Below are positions 1-8,950 of a stretch of DNA of 20,925 nt, one piece after another. The notes beneath the pieces are model-generated. The model was not told the origin of the DNA, did no database searches, and saw nothing but the letters and a program-made list of their open reading frames with translations. The position numbers and the translations under genes are program-made. Location of the stretch: positions 1 to 20,925 of the forward strand of contig CALZMY010000104.1 in NCBI GenBank assembly GCA_945788675.1, written 5' to 3'. How positions within the stretch are numbered: the stretch's first letter is position 1; each line of letters starts with the position of its first letter. This DNA comes from an uncultured Gammaproteobacteria bacterium (GTDB lineage Bacteria; Pseudomonadota; Gammaproteobacteria; SZUA-140).

Positions 1-139
1 AACTTGATGAATCTTATAGTGCTGAGATTGCCGCCCTAAAGGATTTGGACTTCCAGTACCTAAAGGTATTCCCGGTGGTCTCCGTCACGCTTCGCTCGTA
101 CCGCAAGGGTGAAATACCCTTGGGTGTACTTTCTACGGT

Positions 140-177
140 CGCCTGACACATGACATAATTAATCAGAGGTTTCTCAG
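140..177 (+). repeat. Copy A of a short interspersed repeat family; core AATTAATCAGAGGTT (18 of 22 core positions match the consensus).
   Basis: Sequence cacatgacataattaatcagaggtttctcagag, immediately 3' of the Kelch lipoprotein gene. Confidence 0.55.
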
Positions 178-184
178 AGAAAGA

Positions 185-1603
185 TTATGGCCTGTATCGC
201 CAAAGATCATTGTGGTGTCCAATTGTATCTTTACCACCAAGCATCCACAGGTTATCACTGCTATCAACCCAGCTGACTAAACCTGAACGAGCCCCAGGGA
301 CATTGCTGGCATCATGCTGATTAAGTGTGCCGTAACTCGCTGATTGGTTGGTGCCGCTACTGCCTGACATCCAGCTCCACTGAGTACCGTTCCAGCGCCA
401 CAGGTCATTCAGGCGCCCATTGTTGCCAGAACTGTCACGCCCCGAGCCACCAAATAGCCAGAAATCACCACTAGTATCCATCCAGCTGACAGATGCACTA
501 CGAGCGCCTGGTCTGTTTGCTGCATCCGCGACTCGCAGAGTGCCGTAGACCCCAGCCTGGTTAACAATGTTGCTACCCGACATCCAGGTCCAGTCGGTTC
601 CGTCCCAGCGCCACAGGTCATTAAGGTTACCAGCGGCCCCGACGCTGTCGCGCCCAAAGCCACCCAACAGCCAGAAATCACCACTGGTACCTATCCAGCC
701 AACAGATAAGTTACGAGCGCCCGGTACATTGGCGTTATCAGCCGTTCCCTGTGTGCCATAGATACCGGATAGATTTTGTACATTACCGCCTGAGATCCAG
801 GTCCATTGGCTGCTGTCCCAGCGCCATAGATCATTAAGATTGCCTAAGGCTCCTCCACTATCATAACCCCAGCCACCAAACAGCCAGAAATCACCACTGG
901 CATCTATCCAGCTGATCGCGCCAGTACGCGCCCCGGGCTGATTAGAAATGTTGGCCGCTCCCTGCGTGCCATAAACACCGGGTATATTTCGTACATTACT
1001 GCCTGAGACCCAGGTCCAGTCGCTGCCATCCCAACGCCACAAGTCGTTAAGGTCTCCATAATTCCCGGTGCTATCATATCCTTCGCCACCAAACAGCCAG
1101 AAATGGCCACTGCTATCGATCCAGGTGATAGCGTCCAGACGCGCACCGGGGATATTGGTAGCGTGAGGAGTATTCAGCGCACCGTAGGTGCCGGGTTGAT
1201 TGACAGTGTTGCTGCCCGAAATCCAGGTCCAGTCGGTTCCGTCCCAGCGCCACAGGTCATTAAGATTCCCTAAAGCCCCACCGCTGTCATAACCCTGACC
1301 GCCAAACAACCAGAAATGGCCACTGGTATCCTGCCAGCTGGTAGAAGCGAAACGAGCCCCCGGTTGATTACTACTATTGGCAGTACCCAACGTACCGTAG
1401 TTACCCGCTTGATTGAGCGTATTAGCACCCGATACCCACGCCCAGGTATTAGTGTTAGTGTTAGTTTTAATCTCTTCACCAAGTGAAGGGGTGCCACCGC
1501 CACTGCTACCTCCACAGGCAATGAGGCCGCTGACCAGTAGCGCCACCAGCAGCAATCGAGTCAAGCAGTGCCAGTACGAATGGGGTTTAGAGAGATAAGG
1601 CAT
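185..1603 (-). CDS. Kelch-repeat (beta-propeller) lipoprotein, 472 aa. It has a signal peptide plus lipobox (LIAC at the cleavage site) and six tandem ~71-aa Kelch-type repeats.
   Basis: ATG at 1601-1603 with a GGAAG SD 4 nt upstream. The N-terminus MPYLSKPH...LLLVALLVSGLIACGGSSGG is a lipoprotein signal. Six tandem units share the pattern FWLFGGxGYDSxG...LNDLWRWDGxDWTW.SGSN..NQ.G.YGT.G....N.PGAR......W.D.SG.FWLFGG, which matches the Kelch hallmarks (GG doublet, NDLW.WD, W, R). Confidence 0.75.
   Translation of the reverse strand: MPYLSKPHSYWHCLTRLLLVALLVSGLIACGGSSGGGTPSLGEEIKTNTNTNTWAWVSGANTLNQAGNYGTLGTANSSNQPGARFASTSWQDTSGHFWLFGGQGYDSGGALGNLNDLWRWDGTDWTWISGSNTVNQPGTYGALNTPHATNIPGARLDAITWIDSSGHFWLFGGEGYDSTGNYGDLNDLWRWDGSDWTWVSGSNVRNIPGVYGTQGAANISNQPGARTGAISWIDASGDFWLFGGWGYDSGGALGNLNDLWRWDSSQWTWISGGNVQNLSGIYGTQGTADNANVPGARNLSVGWIGTSGDFWLLGGFGRDSVGAAGNLNDLWRWDGTDWTWMSGSNIVNQAGVYGTLRVADAANRPGARSASVSWMDTSGDFWLFGGSGRDSSGNNGRLNDLWRWNGTQWSWMSGSSGTNQSASYGTLNQHDASNVPGARSGLVSWVDSSDNLWMLGGKDTIGHHNDLWRYRP
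200..1440 (-). repeat. Six tandem ~213-bp DNA repeats encoding the Kelch blades. Several stretches are identical between units.
   Basis: The 44-bp block atccaggtccagtcggttccgtcccagcgccacaggtcattaag occurs identically at 581-624 and 1221-1264. The motif cagccagaaatcaccactgg recurs at about 447, 671 and 881, with variants at 1093 and 1308. Confidence 0.6.
1443..1466 (-). repeat. Short tandem hexanucleotide repeat (TTAGTG, about 3.5 units). It encodes TNTNTNT in the lipoprotein linker.
   Basis: The + strand reads gtattagtgttagtgttagtt. It is in frame, immediately after the lipobox and glycine linker of the Kelch lipoprotein. Confidence 0.5.
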
Positions 1604-1912
1604 CGTGCTTCCTGATCGTTTTACATATTATTTGAGTAAGGGTTCGGTTTAATGGTGCAACAACCTACAGGTTAATGATTTTATCGGACAAAGGGAGGTA
1701 ACTCTTAATCAACAGCGGCGCGCACAGGCACGTACATATTTTTACAGTTCAAAGTCCCCCGCTTTTTTTGATTTTAGTCTGGACTTAGCGATTTATTTTA
1801 TGAATCATAGTGTTGCTAAGATTCGAGCCGAAATTTCAGCTACAAGCTTCAACATCAATGCGGTCCCTATGATATATTTCGCACATAGTAACGCTTCGCA
1901 TGAGGACCTAAC

Positions 1913-3340
1913 ATGAGTTTTTATAAAATATTTACTTTTCTTGTGTCGTTAGGGTTGGCGGCACTGCTAGTCGGTTGTGGTAGTGGTAGCTCAGAGGAGT
2001 CACCGTCTTCTCCTTCCAGTGCGGCCGGTGGCGGGGTCGGCTCTGTTGCGGTGTTAATGACAGATGCACCGATTGATGATTTTGATCAATTTTGGCTAAC
2101 GGTCACAGAAATCTCGTTATTGAGTGACGATGGCAAGGTCTCTATCTTTTCTGGCAACGAGCGACTTGATCTACTTGATCTGAATAGCCATGCCGATCTG
2201 TTTGCATTGGCTGACAATATTCCAGCGGGCCACTACAACAAGATTCGCATGCGTGTCTCTGACCCGTTGCTGGAACGGTTGGATGCTGATGGTAATGTTG
2301 TCGAGAGCGTCGTGCCGTTGATGTCAGGCAGCGGCAAGCTCGACCTGAAGCCGAGCAGTGATCTGATTGTAGTGCCCGGTGAAACTCTCGCCTTGCAGAT
2401 TGACCTGGATGCCAACAAATCGATTCATCTGATTCAACAGGGCAATGGCGCTTATCGCTTTCGTCCGGTGGTCTTTATTGATGTCTTAACAGATAAAATC
2501 ATCGGCAAGCTGGTGCGTGTCGCCGGTATTATCGCCGATATCAACGGGGATGATTTTAAGCTTTGCCGTACTGGCATGATAGTTAAGTCTCATGAAGATG
2601 CTCATGATTCCGGCTCTGAAGATGAGTACGAACACGAGAATGATCATCAGCGTTGCATCCATGTGACAGGAAATTCAGAGACGGCCTATTTTGATGACAA
2701 CGGTGATGCCCTCGATCTGGTGACGCTGCTTGAAGGTGCACCGGTAACTGTACTGGGATATTTTCGTTCTCTTGATAGCCACAATATGGGGCTCGATGCA
2801 CAGGTGGTTGAACTGGGGGCGGCAGGTACTTTTCAGCAGTATGCTGGCATGGTGGATGAGCTGGACCTGGCTAACAACGCCTTTACCCTGCGTGGCAGTA
2901 GCGACAACCTGTTGACGGTAGCATTTGATGATGTAAGTAAATTCTTCGCCATGAATGGTGAACCGCTTACGGTCAGTGACCTGCAATTGGAAAGCAAAGT
3001 GAAGGTTGACGGTGTGCTACATGCCACAGATAGCTTGATCAAGGCAGCCGCCATTTTTATTGCTATTGAACTACCCTCTGCTGAACAACTCACTGGTACT
3101 ATTTCATTGCGACATGATGATATGTCAGGATTTGATATGAGTGATGCAGAACTGGGGGATGTGTGTGTGCGACTGAATTCTGACAGCAATATTTATCAGC
3201 TGACGCTAGTTGGTGACAGCTTCACCAGTGAGGCAATAGGCTTTGCGGAGCTGCAACTGTTGCAACATGTCGAGGTTTACGGCGCGTTTAATCAGTCGGG
3301 TTGTTTTATGGCCGACAATATTCTGGCCGAAGCGCCTTGA
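1913..3340 (+). CDS. DUF4382-type lipoprotein, 475 aa, with a C-terminal extension.
   Basis: ATG with a GAGGA SD 7 nt upstream. The signal is MSFYKIFTFLVSLGLAALLVGCGSG (lipobox LVGC). The segment VAVLMTDAPIDDFDQFWLTVTEISLL...LDLLDLNS...IPAGHYNKIRMRV...GNVVESVVPLMSGSGKLDLKP matches the LTDAP...DLLDL...IPAG.Y..IR...PSG..GLKL pattern I recall for DUF4382. There is also an acidic, His-rich linker SHEDAHDSGSEDEYEHENDHQRCIH. Confidence 0.65.
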   Translation: MSFYKIFTFLVSLGLAALLVGCGSGSSEESPSSPSSAAGGGVGSVAVLMTDAPIDDFDQFWLTVTEISLLSDDGKVSIFSGNERLDLLDLNSHADLFALADNIPAGHYNKIRMRVSDPLLERLDADGNVVESVVPLMSGSGKLDLKPSSDLIVVPGETLALQIDLDANKSIHLIQQGNGAYRFRPVVFIDVLTDKIIGKLVRVAGIIADINGDDFKLCRTGMIVKSHEDAHDSGSEDEYEHENDHQRCIHVTGNSETAYFDDNGDALDLVTLLEGAPVTVLGYFRSLDSHNMGLDAQVVELGAAGTFQQYAGMVDELDLANNAFTLRGSSDNLLTVAFDDVSKFFAMNGEPLTVSDLQLESKVKVDGVLHATDSLIKAAAIFIAIELPSAEQLTGTISLRHDDMSGFDMSDAELGDVCVRLNSDSNIYQLTLVGDSFTSEAIGFAELQLLQHVEVYGAFNQSGCFMADNILAEAP

Positions 3341-3437
3341 TACATATCCCAGCGCCAGTATCATCCATCACCGGAATTGTAATTGTGCCTCACTCAGACA
3401 ACTGCGAGTACCTGTTCCGCCAGTACTACCATAACAG

Positions 3438-3797
3438 CTATTTTAATCTGGATTTAAGATCCGCAAACGGACTGAATGTAGCCGCGTCGCCCTTGCTGCC
3501 ACCTGTCCCGGTATTACCTTGATGCGCCTCTAGCTGGCGCTGGTGTTCGTTATCATGGCAGTAGATACACAATAGCTCCCAGTTACTGCCATCAAGAGGA
3601 TTATTATCGTGGTTATGATCGCGATGATGTACCGTCAGCTCTTGCAGATTGGTGCGATCAAACTCTCGGCAACAACGGCCACAGATATGTGGGTAGAGCT
3701 TCAACGCCCGCTCACGATAACCCTTGTCACTTTGATCACGGGCGCGGCGTGATTCGGCCACCACCTGGTTTAACTTGTCTTCATCCAGTTTTGCCAT
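3438..3797 (-). CDS. yajD: HNH nuclease-family protein YajD, 119 aa.
   Basis: Strong similarity to E. coli YajD: YRERALKLYPHICGRCCREFDRTNLQELTVHHRDHNHDNNPLDGSNWELLCIYCHDNEH...FSPFADLK. Start set at ATG 3795-3797 (MAKLDED...); the ORF-track start at 3854 would add 19 non-homologous residues. Confidence 0.85.
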   Translation of the reverse strand: MAKLDEDKLNQVVAESRRARDQSDKGYRERALKLYPHICGRCCREFDRTNLQELTVHHRDHNHDNNPLDGSNWELLCIYCHDNEHQRQLEAHQGNTGTGGSKGDAATFSPFADLKSRLK

Positions 3798-3877
3798 GCT
3801 GTGTGTCCTGCTATTGATGATTAAAAAATGCTGATGGCTTAATATTATCGCCATGTCACTCGATTCTCAATGGCCGT

Positions 3878-5113
3878 ATGCGCTACTCTCGATTAGCGCG
3901 TTTGCGGTACACTCTGGTGACGATGCAAACGGAAATGACCACTAAGCGAATCGTACTACTTCAACTGGGATTCCGCCCATTCTTTCTGTTTGCCTCGCTG
4001 TTTACCATCATCGCCATGTCACTGTGGCTATCGATTACCGCCTTCAACCACCATCCAGTGGCGATCATCGAACTAGCCCCGCTTACCTGGCACGCCCACG
4101 AAATGATCTACGGTTATGCAATCGCAGTAATGGCCGGTTTTCTACTCACCGCCGTGCGTAACTGGACCGGCGTGCAAACCCTGCATGGTTTGCCGCTGAT
4201 GCTGCTGGTATTACTGTGGTCTGGAGCGAGATTGATGCCCTTTGTCAATCACCCGCTTGCCTTACCGATGATGGCGATGCTGGATCTCATCTTTAACCTC
4301 GCGCTGTGCCTTGCCGTATTGCACCCCATCCTCAAAAGTAGACATCACAAATCCCTTGGCCTGTGGTTTCAACTCGCTGCGTTAATGGCTTGCAATCTAT
4401 TGTTCTATCTGGGATTGGCTGGCCTGGCGGGTAATGGTACGCATCTCGGACTCTACAGCGGTCTTTATCTCATTATCTCATTCATCCTGCTGCTTGGGCG
4501 CCGCGTCATCCCGATGTTTATTAGAAATGGCGTGGGCTATCCGGTTACGCTTACCAACCGCCGCTGGATCGATATCAGTTGTGTGGTCTTATTATTGATC
4601 TTTATTGTGACGGAGGTGTTTCTGTCGCTATCCGCCATCGCCGCCCTCTGTGCAGCTTTGTTGTTTTTGTTGCATGCGATACGCATGGCAGGCTGGCACA
4701 CCCCTGGGATCTGGAAAAAACCGTTACTGTGGATACTCTATCTCGCCTATGGCTGGATCACCATCGGCATGGCCATCACCGCCACGGCTTATCTCTTTGA
4801 CTTCAATCCCAAACTCGCACTACACGCTTTTGCTTATGGCGGTATTGGCTTGATGACGATTGGCATGATGGCGCGTGTCACGCTGGGCCATACTGGGCGT
4901 GACGTCGCCGAACATCCCGCCATTCTGGGATGGGTGTTTGCCGCCATCTTCATCGGCAGTGTGTCTCGGGTCGTCTTGCCGGTATTGGTGCCACAGTGGC
5001 ATGCAGCATGGATCACCAGCTCACAACTATTATGGATAATCGCCTTTACGCTGTTTATGATTGTTTACGCACCGATGTTAGTCCGGCCGCGAATCGATGG
5101 AAAGGCTGGATGA
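3878..5113 (+). CDS. nnrS: NnrS-family polytopic membrane protein (NO-stress associated).
   Basis: Roughly 12 predicted TM helices; the N-terminal FRPFFLFASLFTIIAMSLWL is typical of the NnrS family; size about 400 aa. In-frame ATGs at 3923 and 3935 are alternative starts. Confidence 0.65.
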   Translation: MRYSRLARLRYTLVTMQTEMTTKRIVLLQLGFRPFFLFASLFTIIAMSLWLSITAFNHHPVAIIELAPLTWHAHEMIYGYAIAVMAGFLLTAVRNWTGVQTLHGLPLMLLVLLWSGARLMPFVNHPLALPMMAMLDLIFNLALCLAVLHPILKSRHHKSLGLWFQLAALMACNLLFYLGLAGLAGNGTHLGLYSGLYLIISFILLLGRRVIPMFIRNGVGYPVTLTNRRWIDISCVVLLLIFIVTEVFLSLSAIAALCAALLFLLHAIRMAGWHTPGIWKKPLLWILYLAYGWITIGMAITATAYLFDFNPKLALHAFAYGGIGLMTIGMMARVTLGHTGRDVAEHPAILGWVFAAIFIGSVSRVVLPVLVPQWHAAWITSSQLLWIIAFTLFMIVYAPMLVRPRIDGKAG

Positions 5114-5150
5114 CGTTGAAACGTAATTGAAAAGCAGGGGCACTTTGAAT

Positions 5151-5199
5151 ATTTTAGCTCTCATATCTCTCTGCCCAGAATTAATCAGAGGTCCCTTAA
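5151..5199 (+). repeat. Copy B of the ~50-bp repeat family.
   Basis: attttagctctcatatctctctgcccagaattaatcagaggtcccttaa, compared with copy D attttgactctcatctctatccgcccagaattaatcagaggttccttaa. The 27-bp core has one mismatch. Lies in the nnrS-fpr intergenic region. Confidence 0.65.
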
Positions 5200-5231
5200 A
5201 TTTATAGACTCAACATGAGATAATCAACACC

Positions 5232-5975
5232 ATGGCACAATGGACTAAAGCGCAGGTGGTTGCTAAACATTACTGGACAGAGCGACTGGTATCGCTACAG
5301 TTTGAAGCGGATATTGCACCATTTAAGGCCGGTCAGTTCCTGCGCTGCGGACTCGATATCGATGGTGATCGAGTGGGACGCGCCTATTCACTGGTCAATG
5401 CCCCCGGCGAGCACCCTTTTGAAATCTATTTCAATATAGTTGCCGGCGGCCAGCTCTCACCACGCCTCGCCACGCTTGAGGTCGGTGATGCTTTCTGGAC
5501 TCATGAAACCAGCAACGGCTTTCTGGTACTCGATGAAGTACCCAATGTCCCCGACCTGTGGTTACTTTCCACCGGTACCGCGATAGGCCCTTTTATCTCA
5601 ATGCTGAAAACAGCAGAGATCTGGCAACGCTTCGAACATGTGGTACTGGTGCATGCAGTACGCACCGCAGAAGAGCTGAGTTACAGTGAATTTATCAACA
5701 ATATGCTAAAGGTGCATACGGAAAAATTTCACTTTGTCCCCTTTATCAGTCGTGAGCAAGTAGTCAACTCGATTCATGGACGCATCCCGGCTGCAATTAC
5801 CAATTTGCAACTAGAAAAGAGGGTCGGCCTGGCACTGAATGCTGACCGTTCTCATGTGATGCTATGTGGTAATTCCGGCATGATTGAGACAACCAGAAAC
5901 GCGCTCGCCGAGCGCGATATGATACGGCATCGACGTTCCGTGCCAGGACATGTTTCAACAGAGAAATATTTTTAG
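5232..5975 (+). CDS. fpr: Ferredoxin/flavodoxin-NADP+ reductase.
   Basis: Near-colinear with E. coli Fpr: AGQF..GL.IDG.RV.RAYS.VN, KLSPRLA.L..GD, LW.L.TGTAIGP, VLVHA.R.A.ELSY, SHVMLCGN..M...T, PGH...E.YW/F. Confidence 0.9.
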   Translation: MAQWTKAQVVAKHYWTERLVSLQFEADIAPFKAGQFLRCGLDIDGDRVGRAYSLVNAPGEHPFEIYFNIVAGGQLSPRLATLEVGDAFWTHETSNGFLVLDEVPNVPDLWLLSTGTAIGPFISMLKTAEIWQRFEHVVLVHAVRTAEELSYSEFINNMLKVHTEKFHFVPFISREQVVNSIHGRIPAAITNLQLEKRVGLALNADRSHVMLCGNSGMIETTRNALAERDMIRHRRSVPGHVSTEKYF

Positions 5976-5989
5976 CTACTGCACGCAAG

Positions 5990-6631
5990 TTAGAACATTA
6001 TTACCGGATCGCCTTCCTGCCATTGCTTATACTTATCCATCACGCTAGTAAATAACGGTTGGCGCAGTAATTCCATCAACCAGGCTTGAAGATGTGGATA
6101 TGGACGTTGTTCAAACCACTCTTTGTCGACATTGGCAAATTGCCGTATAAACGGCATGATTGCCATATCTGCAAAAGTAGGTCGCTCACATAAGAGGTAA
6201 GGAGAAATCGCAAGCTTCGCTTCTAGCTCACTCAGAAAGGACTCTCCCTGTGCACGATAAACTTCCATCGGTTGATTCGGAAAGCGATCAGCATATTTAT
6301 AATGATCAAGATGCGACTTAAATTCACCATCGTTATACGCAATAAGTCGCTGGCACTCGGCTGCCAGGTCAGCATCAGTCACTAACCACTCTTGTGGGTC
6401 ATTTTGCTTCAATGCAAACACCATAATAGCGACACTTTCATCAATCACATGCTGATGATTGACTACCAGTACCGGCACCGTTGCCTTAGCAGAACAAGCG
6501 CGCAGTGCCGCAGGTTTGTCTGCCAACACAACTTCCCGTAAAGTAACCTGGATCCCGCTCACTCTCAAAGCAAGGCGAGCGCGTATTGCGTATGGACAAC
6601 GGCGAAAAGAATAAAGGAGTGGATACCTCAT
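5990..6631 (-). CDS. Glutathione S-transferase family protein (thioredoxin-like N-terminal domain).
   Basis: N-terminal LYSFRRCPYAIRARLAL..GI.V.LREV.L.DKP and the overall ~210-aa length match GST-like proteins. Convergent with fpr; only 14 bp separate the two stop codons. Confidence 0.7.
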   Translation of the reverse strand: MRYPLLYSFRRCPYAIRARLALRVSGIQVTLREVVLADKPAALRACSAKATVPVLVVNHQHVIDESVAIMVFALKQNDPQEWLVTDADLAAECQRLIAYNDGEFKSHLDHYKYADRFPNQPMEVYRAQGESFLSELEAKLAISPYLLCERPTFADMAIMPFIRQFANVDKEWFEQRPYPHLQAWLMELLRQPLFTSVMDKYKQWQEGDPVIMF

Positions 6632-6810
6632 GCCGGTTTTCTAATTTTCAATACGGGCTCATTTCTTTGATTATTCCTAAGGGTTGTTTCCTTATCTTGA
6701 AATGGAGATGATATCACGGTGAGATTAGCATTTGAAAAATGGCCATCTGATCTTGACGGAAGGGGACCATTAATATAAACATAGTTCTATCAGATTTCTG
6801 GAAAATATGA

Positions 6811-8883
6811 TTGTTGACCAATAACCTTAATAGCGCTAACGGCTCCCAACGAAGTGAAACATTGCTCAGTATCATCCCCTGTTGGCTGGTTTTTACTATG
6901 GCACTGTTACTCCCAGGGTCATCAAGCCTTGCTGCCGACGATCTGCTCACCGCACAGGAGCGTGCCTGGCTAAAGACTCATCCTGATATCCGGATTGCAC
7001 CTGATCCAGATTTCCCACCGATTGAATATATCGATAGCAATGAAGAATACCGCGGCATTGCGGCTGATTATGTGATGCTGCTAGAGAAAAAACTGGGCAT
7101 GAAGTTTCAGATTGCGGTACTGCCGAGCTGGGACGATGTACTCGCCCAGGCACAGTCACGTGAGATTGACATGTTTGGTGCTGCAGCAGCGACGCCTCTA
7201 CGAGAGCAGTACATGAACTTCACGGCGCCCCATTTTGAATTGCCAGGTGTCATTATTGTCAGCACCAAAGTAGGCCAGAATTTAACTTTGAAGGATCTGC
7301 ACGGGCTGAAAGTCGCCGTGGTCTCAGGGTATGTGTGGCAGGAACTGATAGAACGCGATCATCCCGAGATTGAGCTGGAACCTGTGCCCGATCTGTTGTC
7401 TGGCCTGAAGCGGGTCTCTTTTGGCTCTGTTGATGCGATGGTCGCCAATCTGGCCATTGCCACACATTATATAGAAAAATCGGGCATCACTAACCTGCGC
7501 GTAGCGGGCGAAACCGGTTATTTCGGCCGCTATGCACTGGCTGTGCGCAAAGACTGGCCGCAATTGAATGCCATACTCGAGAAAGGGCTTGCAGCAATTA
7601 CAGCGGATGAACGCGCGGCTATTCTCCAGAAATGGGTGACCCTGGGCGGCAAGAGAAGCATTCTTGAAAATCGTACCTTCTGGATCATCTTTCTTTCGTT
7701 ACTGGCACTATTAACTGTTGTGGCAATTCTTTGGTGGAACTGGTCGCTACGACGTCAGGTGAGCAGACGCACTGCGGCACTGCGTGAAGAGTTCTCACAG
7801 CGCAAACGTGTCGAACAGGCCTTTGATAATAGTGAACAACGTTATCGTACGCTGTTTGATTCGGCATCGGATGCGGTGCTTATCTTGAAAGACGGAAAAT
7901 TTGTTGAATGCAATGATGCAGCAACCAATATGTTTGGAGATAGTCGGCAGCAACTTATTGGGCAATCTCCCTCTCGTTTTTCACCGCCCTGCCAGCCCGA
8001 CGGTCATAACTCCGAGGAAAAAGCAGATGCCTTGATTACCACCTGCCTGGATGGTACACCGCAGATGTTTGAATGGCAGCATCGCCGTCTCGATAACACG
8101 CTGTTTGATGCTGAAGTTAGCCTCAATGCCCATATCGAGAACGACCAGCAATATATTCTGGCGATCATTCGTGATATTACCGAACGCAAGCGCATCGAAC
8201 GCCTCAAAGATGAGTTTATCTCCACAGTCAGCCATGAAATCCGCACGCCTCTAACCTCGATTCGTGGTTCTTTGGGATTAATCAAGGGAGGGGTAACAGG
8301 TGACCTGCCGCAGAAAACCAGCGAAATTCTGGATATCGCCTATCATAATACGGAACGCCTGCTGCTATTGGTGAATGATCTACTCGATATCCAGAAACTG
8401 GCGTCCGGCACTATCCGGCTGGAACAGCGGACGTTCGATTTAGCTGCATTTCTTGATCAGGCCATCATCGCCAATCAGTCCTATGGCGACCAGTACAAGA
8501 TTGAGTACCAACTGCAAGCGGTAGCAACGATTACCATCACAGCAGACTATGAACGTTTAATGCAGGTAATGAACAATCTCCTGTCCAACGCCGCTAAATT
8601 CTCACCGCAAGGCGATGTTATCAACATCAGTGCCGAGCAGCATGGATCGATGGTGCGGGTGTCAGTAAAAGATCATGGCCCCGGTATTCCACACCAGTTT
8701 CGCCCTCAGGTGTTCGAGCGCTTTACGCAATCGGATTCCTCTGACACACGCCAGCGCGGCGGCACGGGGCTAGGGCTAAGTATCGCCAAAGCAATCGTTG
8801 AACTACATGGTGGCACCATTGGTTTTCATACCATGCTAGGAGAAGGCACTGAATTTTACTTTGAGCTTCCAGTGGATGCATGA
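6811..8883 (+). CDS. Sensor histidine kinase: periplasmic solute-binding (SBP_bac_3-like) domain, TM, PAS, HisKA, HATPase. No receiver domain.
   Basis: TTG start at 6811 gives a plausible signal peptide (h-region LLSIIPCWLVFTMALLL, cleavage near SLA-AD). The periplasmic domain (aa ~45-275) resembles amino-acid ABC-type binding proteins. TM segment FWIIFLSLLALLTVVAILWW. The H-box is EFISTVSHEIRTPLTSIRG. The G-boxes are DHGPGIP and GGTGLGLSIAKAIVELHGGTIGF. Confidence 0.85.
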   Translation: MLTNNLNSANGSQRSETLLSIIPCWLVFTMALLLPGSSSLAADDLLTAQERAWLKTHPDIRIAPDPDFPPIEYIDSNEEYRGIAADYVMLLEKKLGMKFQIAVLPSWDDVLAQAQSREIDMFGAAAATPLREQYMNFTAPHFELPGVIIVSTKVGQNLTLKDLHGLKVAVVSGYVWQELIERDHPEIELEPVPDLLSGLKRVSFGSVDAMVANLAIATHYIEKSGITNLRVAGETGYFGRYALAVRKDWPQLNAILEKGLAAITADERAAILQKWVTLGGKRSILENRTFWIIFLSLLALLTVVAILWWNWSLRRQVSRRTAALREEFSQRKRVEQAFDNSEQRYRTLFDSASDAVLILKDGKFVECNDAATNMFGDSRQQLIGQSPSRFSPPCQPDGHNSEEKADALITTCLDGTPQMFEWQHRRLDNTLFDAEVSLNAHIENDQQYILAIIRDITERKRIERLKDEFISTVSHEIRTPLTSIRGSLGLIKGGVTGDLPQKTSEILDIAYHNTERLLLLVNDLLDIQKLASGTIRLEQRTFDLAAFLDQAIIANQSYGDQYKIEYQLQAVATITITADYERLMQVMNNLLSNAAKFSPQGDVINISAEQHGSMVRVSVKDHGPGIPHQFRPQVFERFTQSDSSDTRQRGGTGLGLSIAKAIVELHGGTIGFHTMLGEGTEFYFELPVDA

Positions 8884-8950
8884 GATCCGAGCCAAAGTTC
8901 GCATGCGCGTTGCGGTGGCCTGCTCCGCTCCACTGCTTTCCAGTATTTCT

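Noticed and set aside
409-1521. ORFs 409..684(-), 567..761(+), 904..1146(-), 1270..1521(-) and 1413..1598(+), nested in the Kelch lipoprotein gene
   Set aside because: They lie in alternative frames or antisense to a strongly supported repeat-protein gene; repetitive, GC-skewed sequence generates long spurious ORFs.
2233-3189. Antisense ORFs inside the DUF4382 gene (2233..2418, 2583..2801, 2675..2986, 2833..3189)
   Set aside because: All are antisense to a well-supported lipoprotein CDS, with no SD or homology.
3243-3522. ORFs 3243..3434(+) and 3301..3522(+), spanning the DUF4382/yajD junction
   Set aside because: They overlap the 3' end of the DUF4382 gene and are antisense to yajD; low-complexity translation (CNCCN, PVPPVLP).
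4579-5130. Several 60-73-aa ORFs on both strands inside nnrS
   Set aside because: Nested in a polytopic membrane protein gene; Cys/His/Arg-rich translations typical of off-frame reading.
7259-8254. Multiple 60-93-aa ORFs on both strands within the sensor kinase gene
   Set aside because: Embedded in a 690-aa CDS whose domain architecture is continuous; no independent support.
8884-8950. Possible terminator between the convergent kinase and 17-kDa lipoprotein genes (palindrome cgcatgcg)
   Set aside because: Short palindrome without a stable stem-loop or U-tract.
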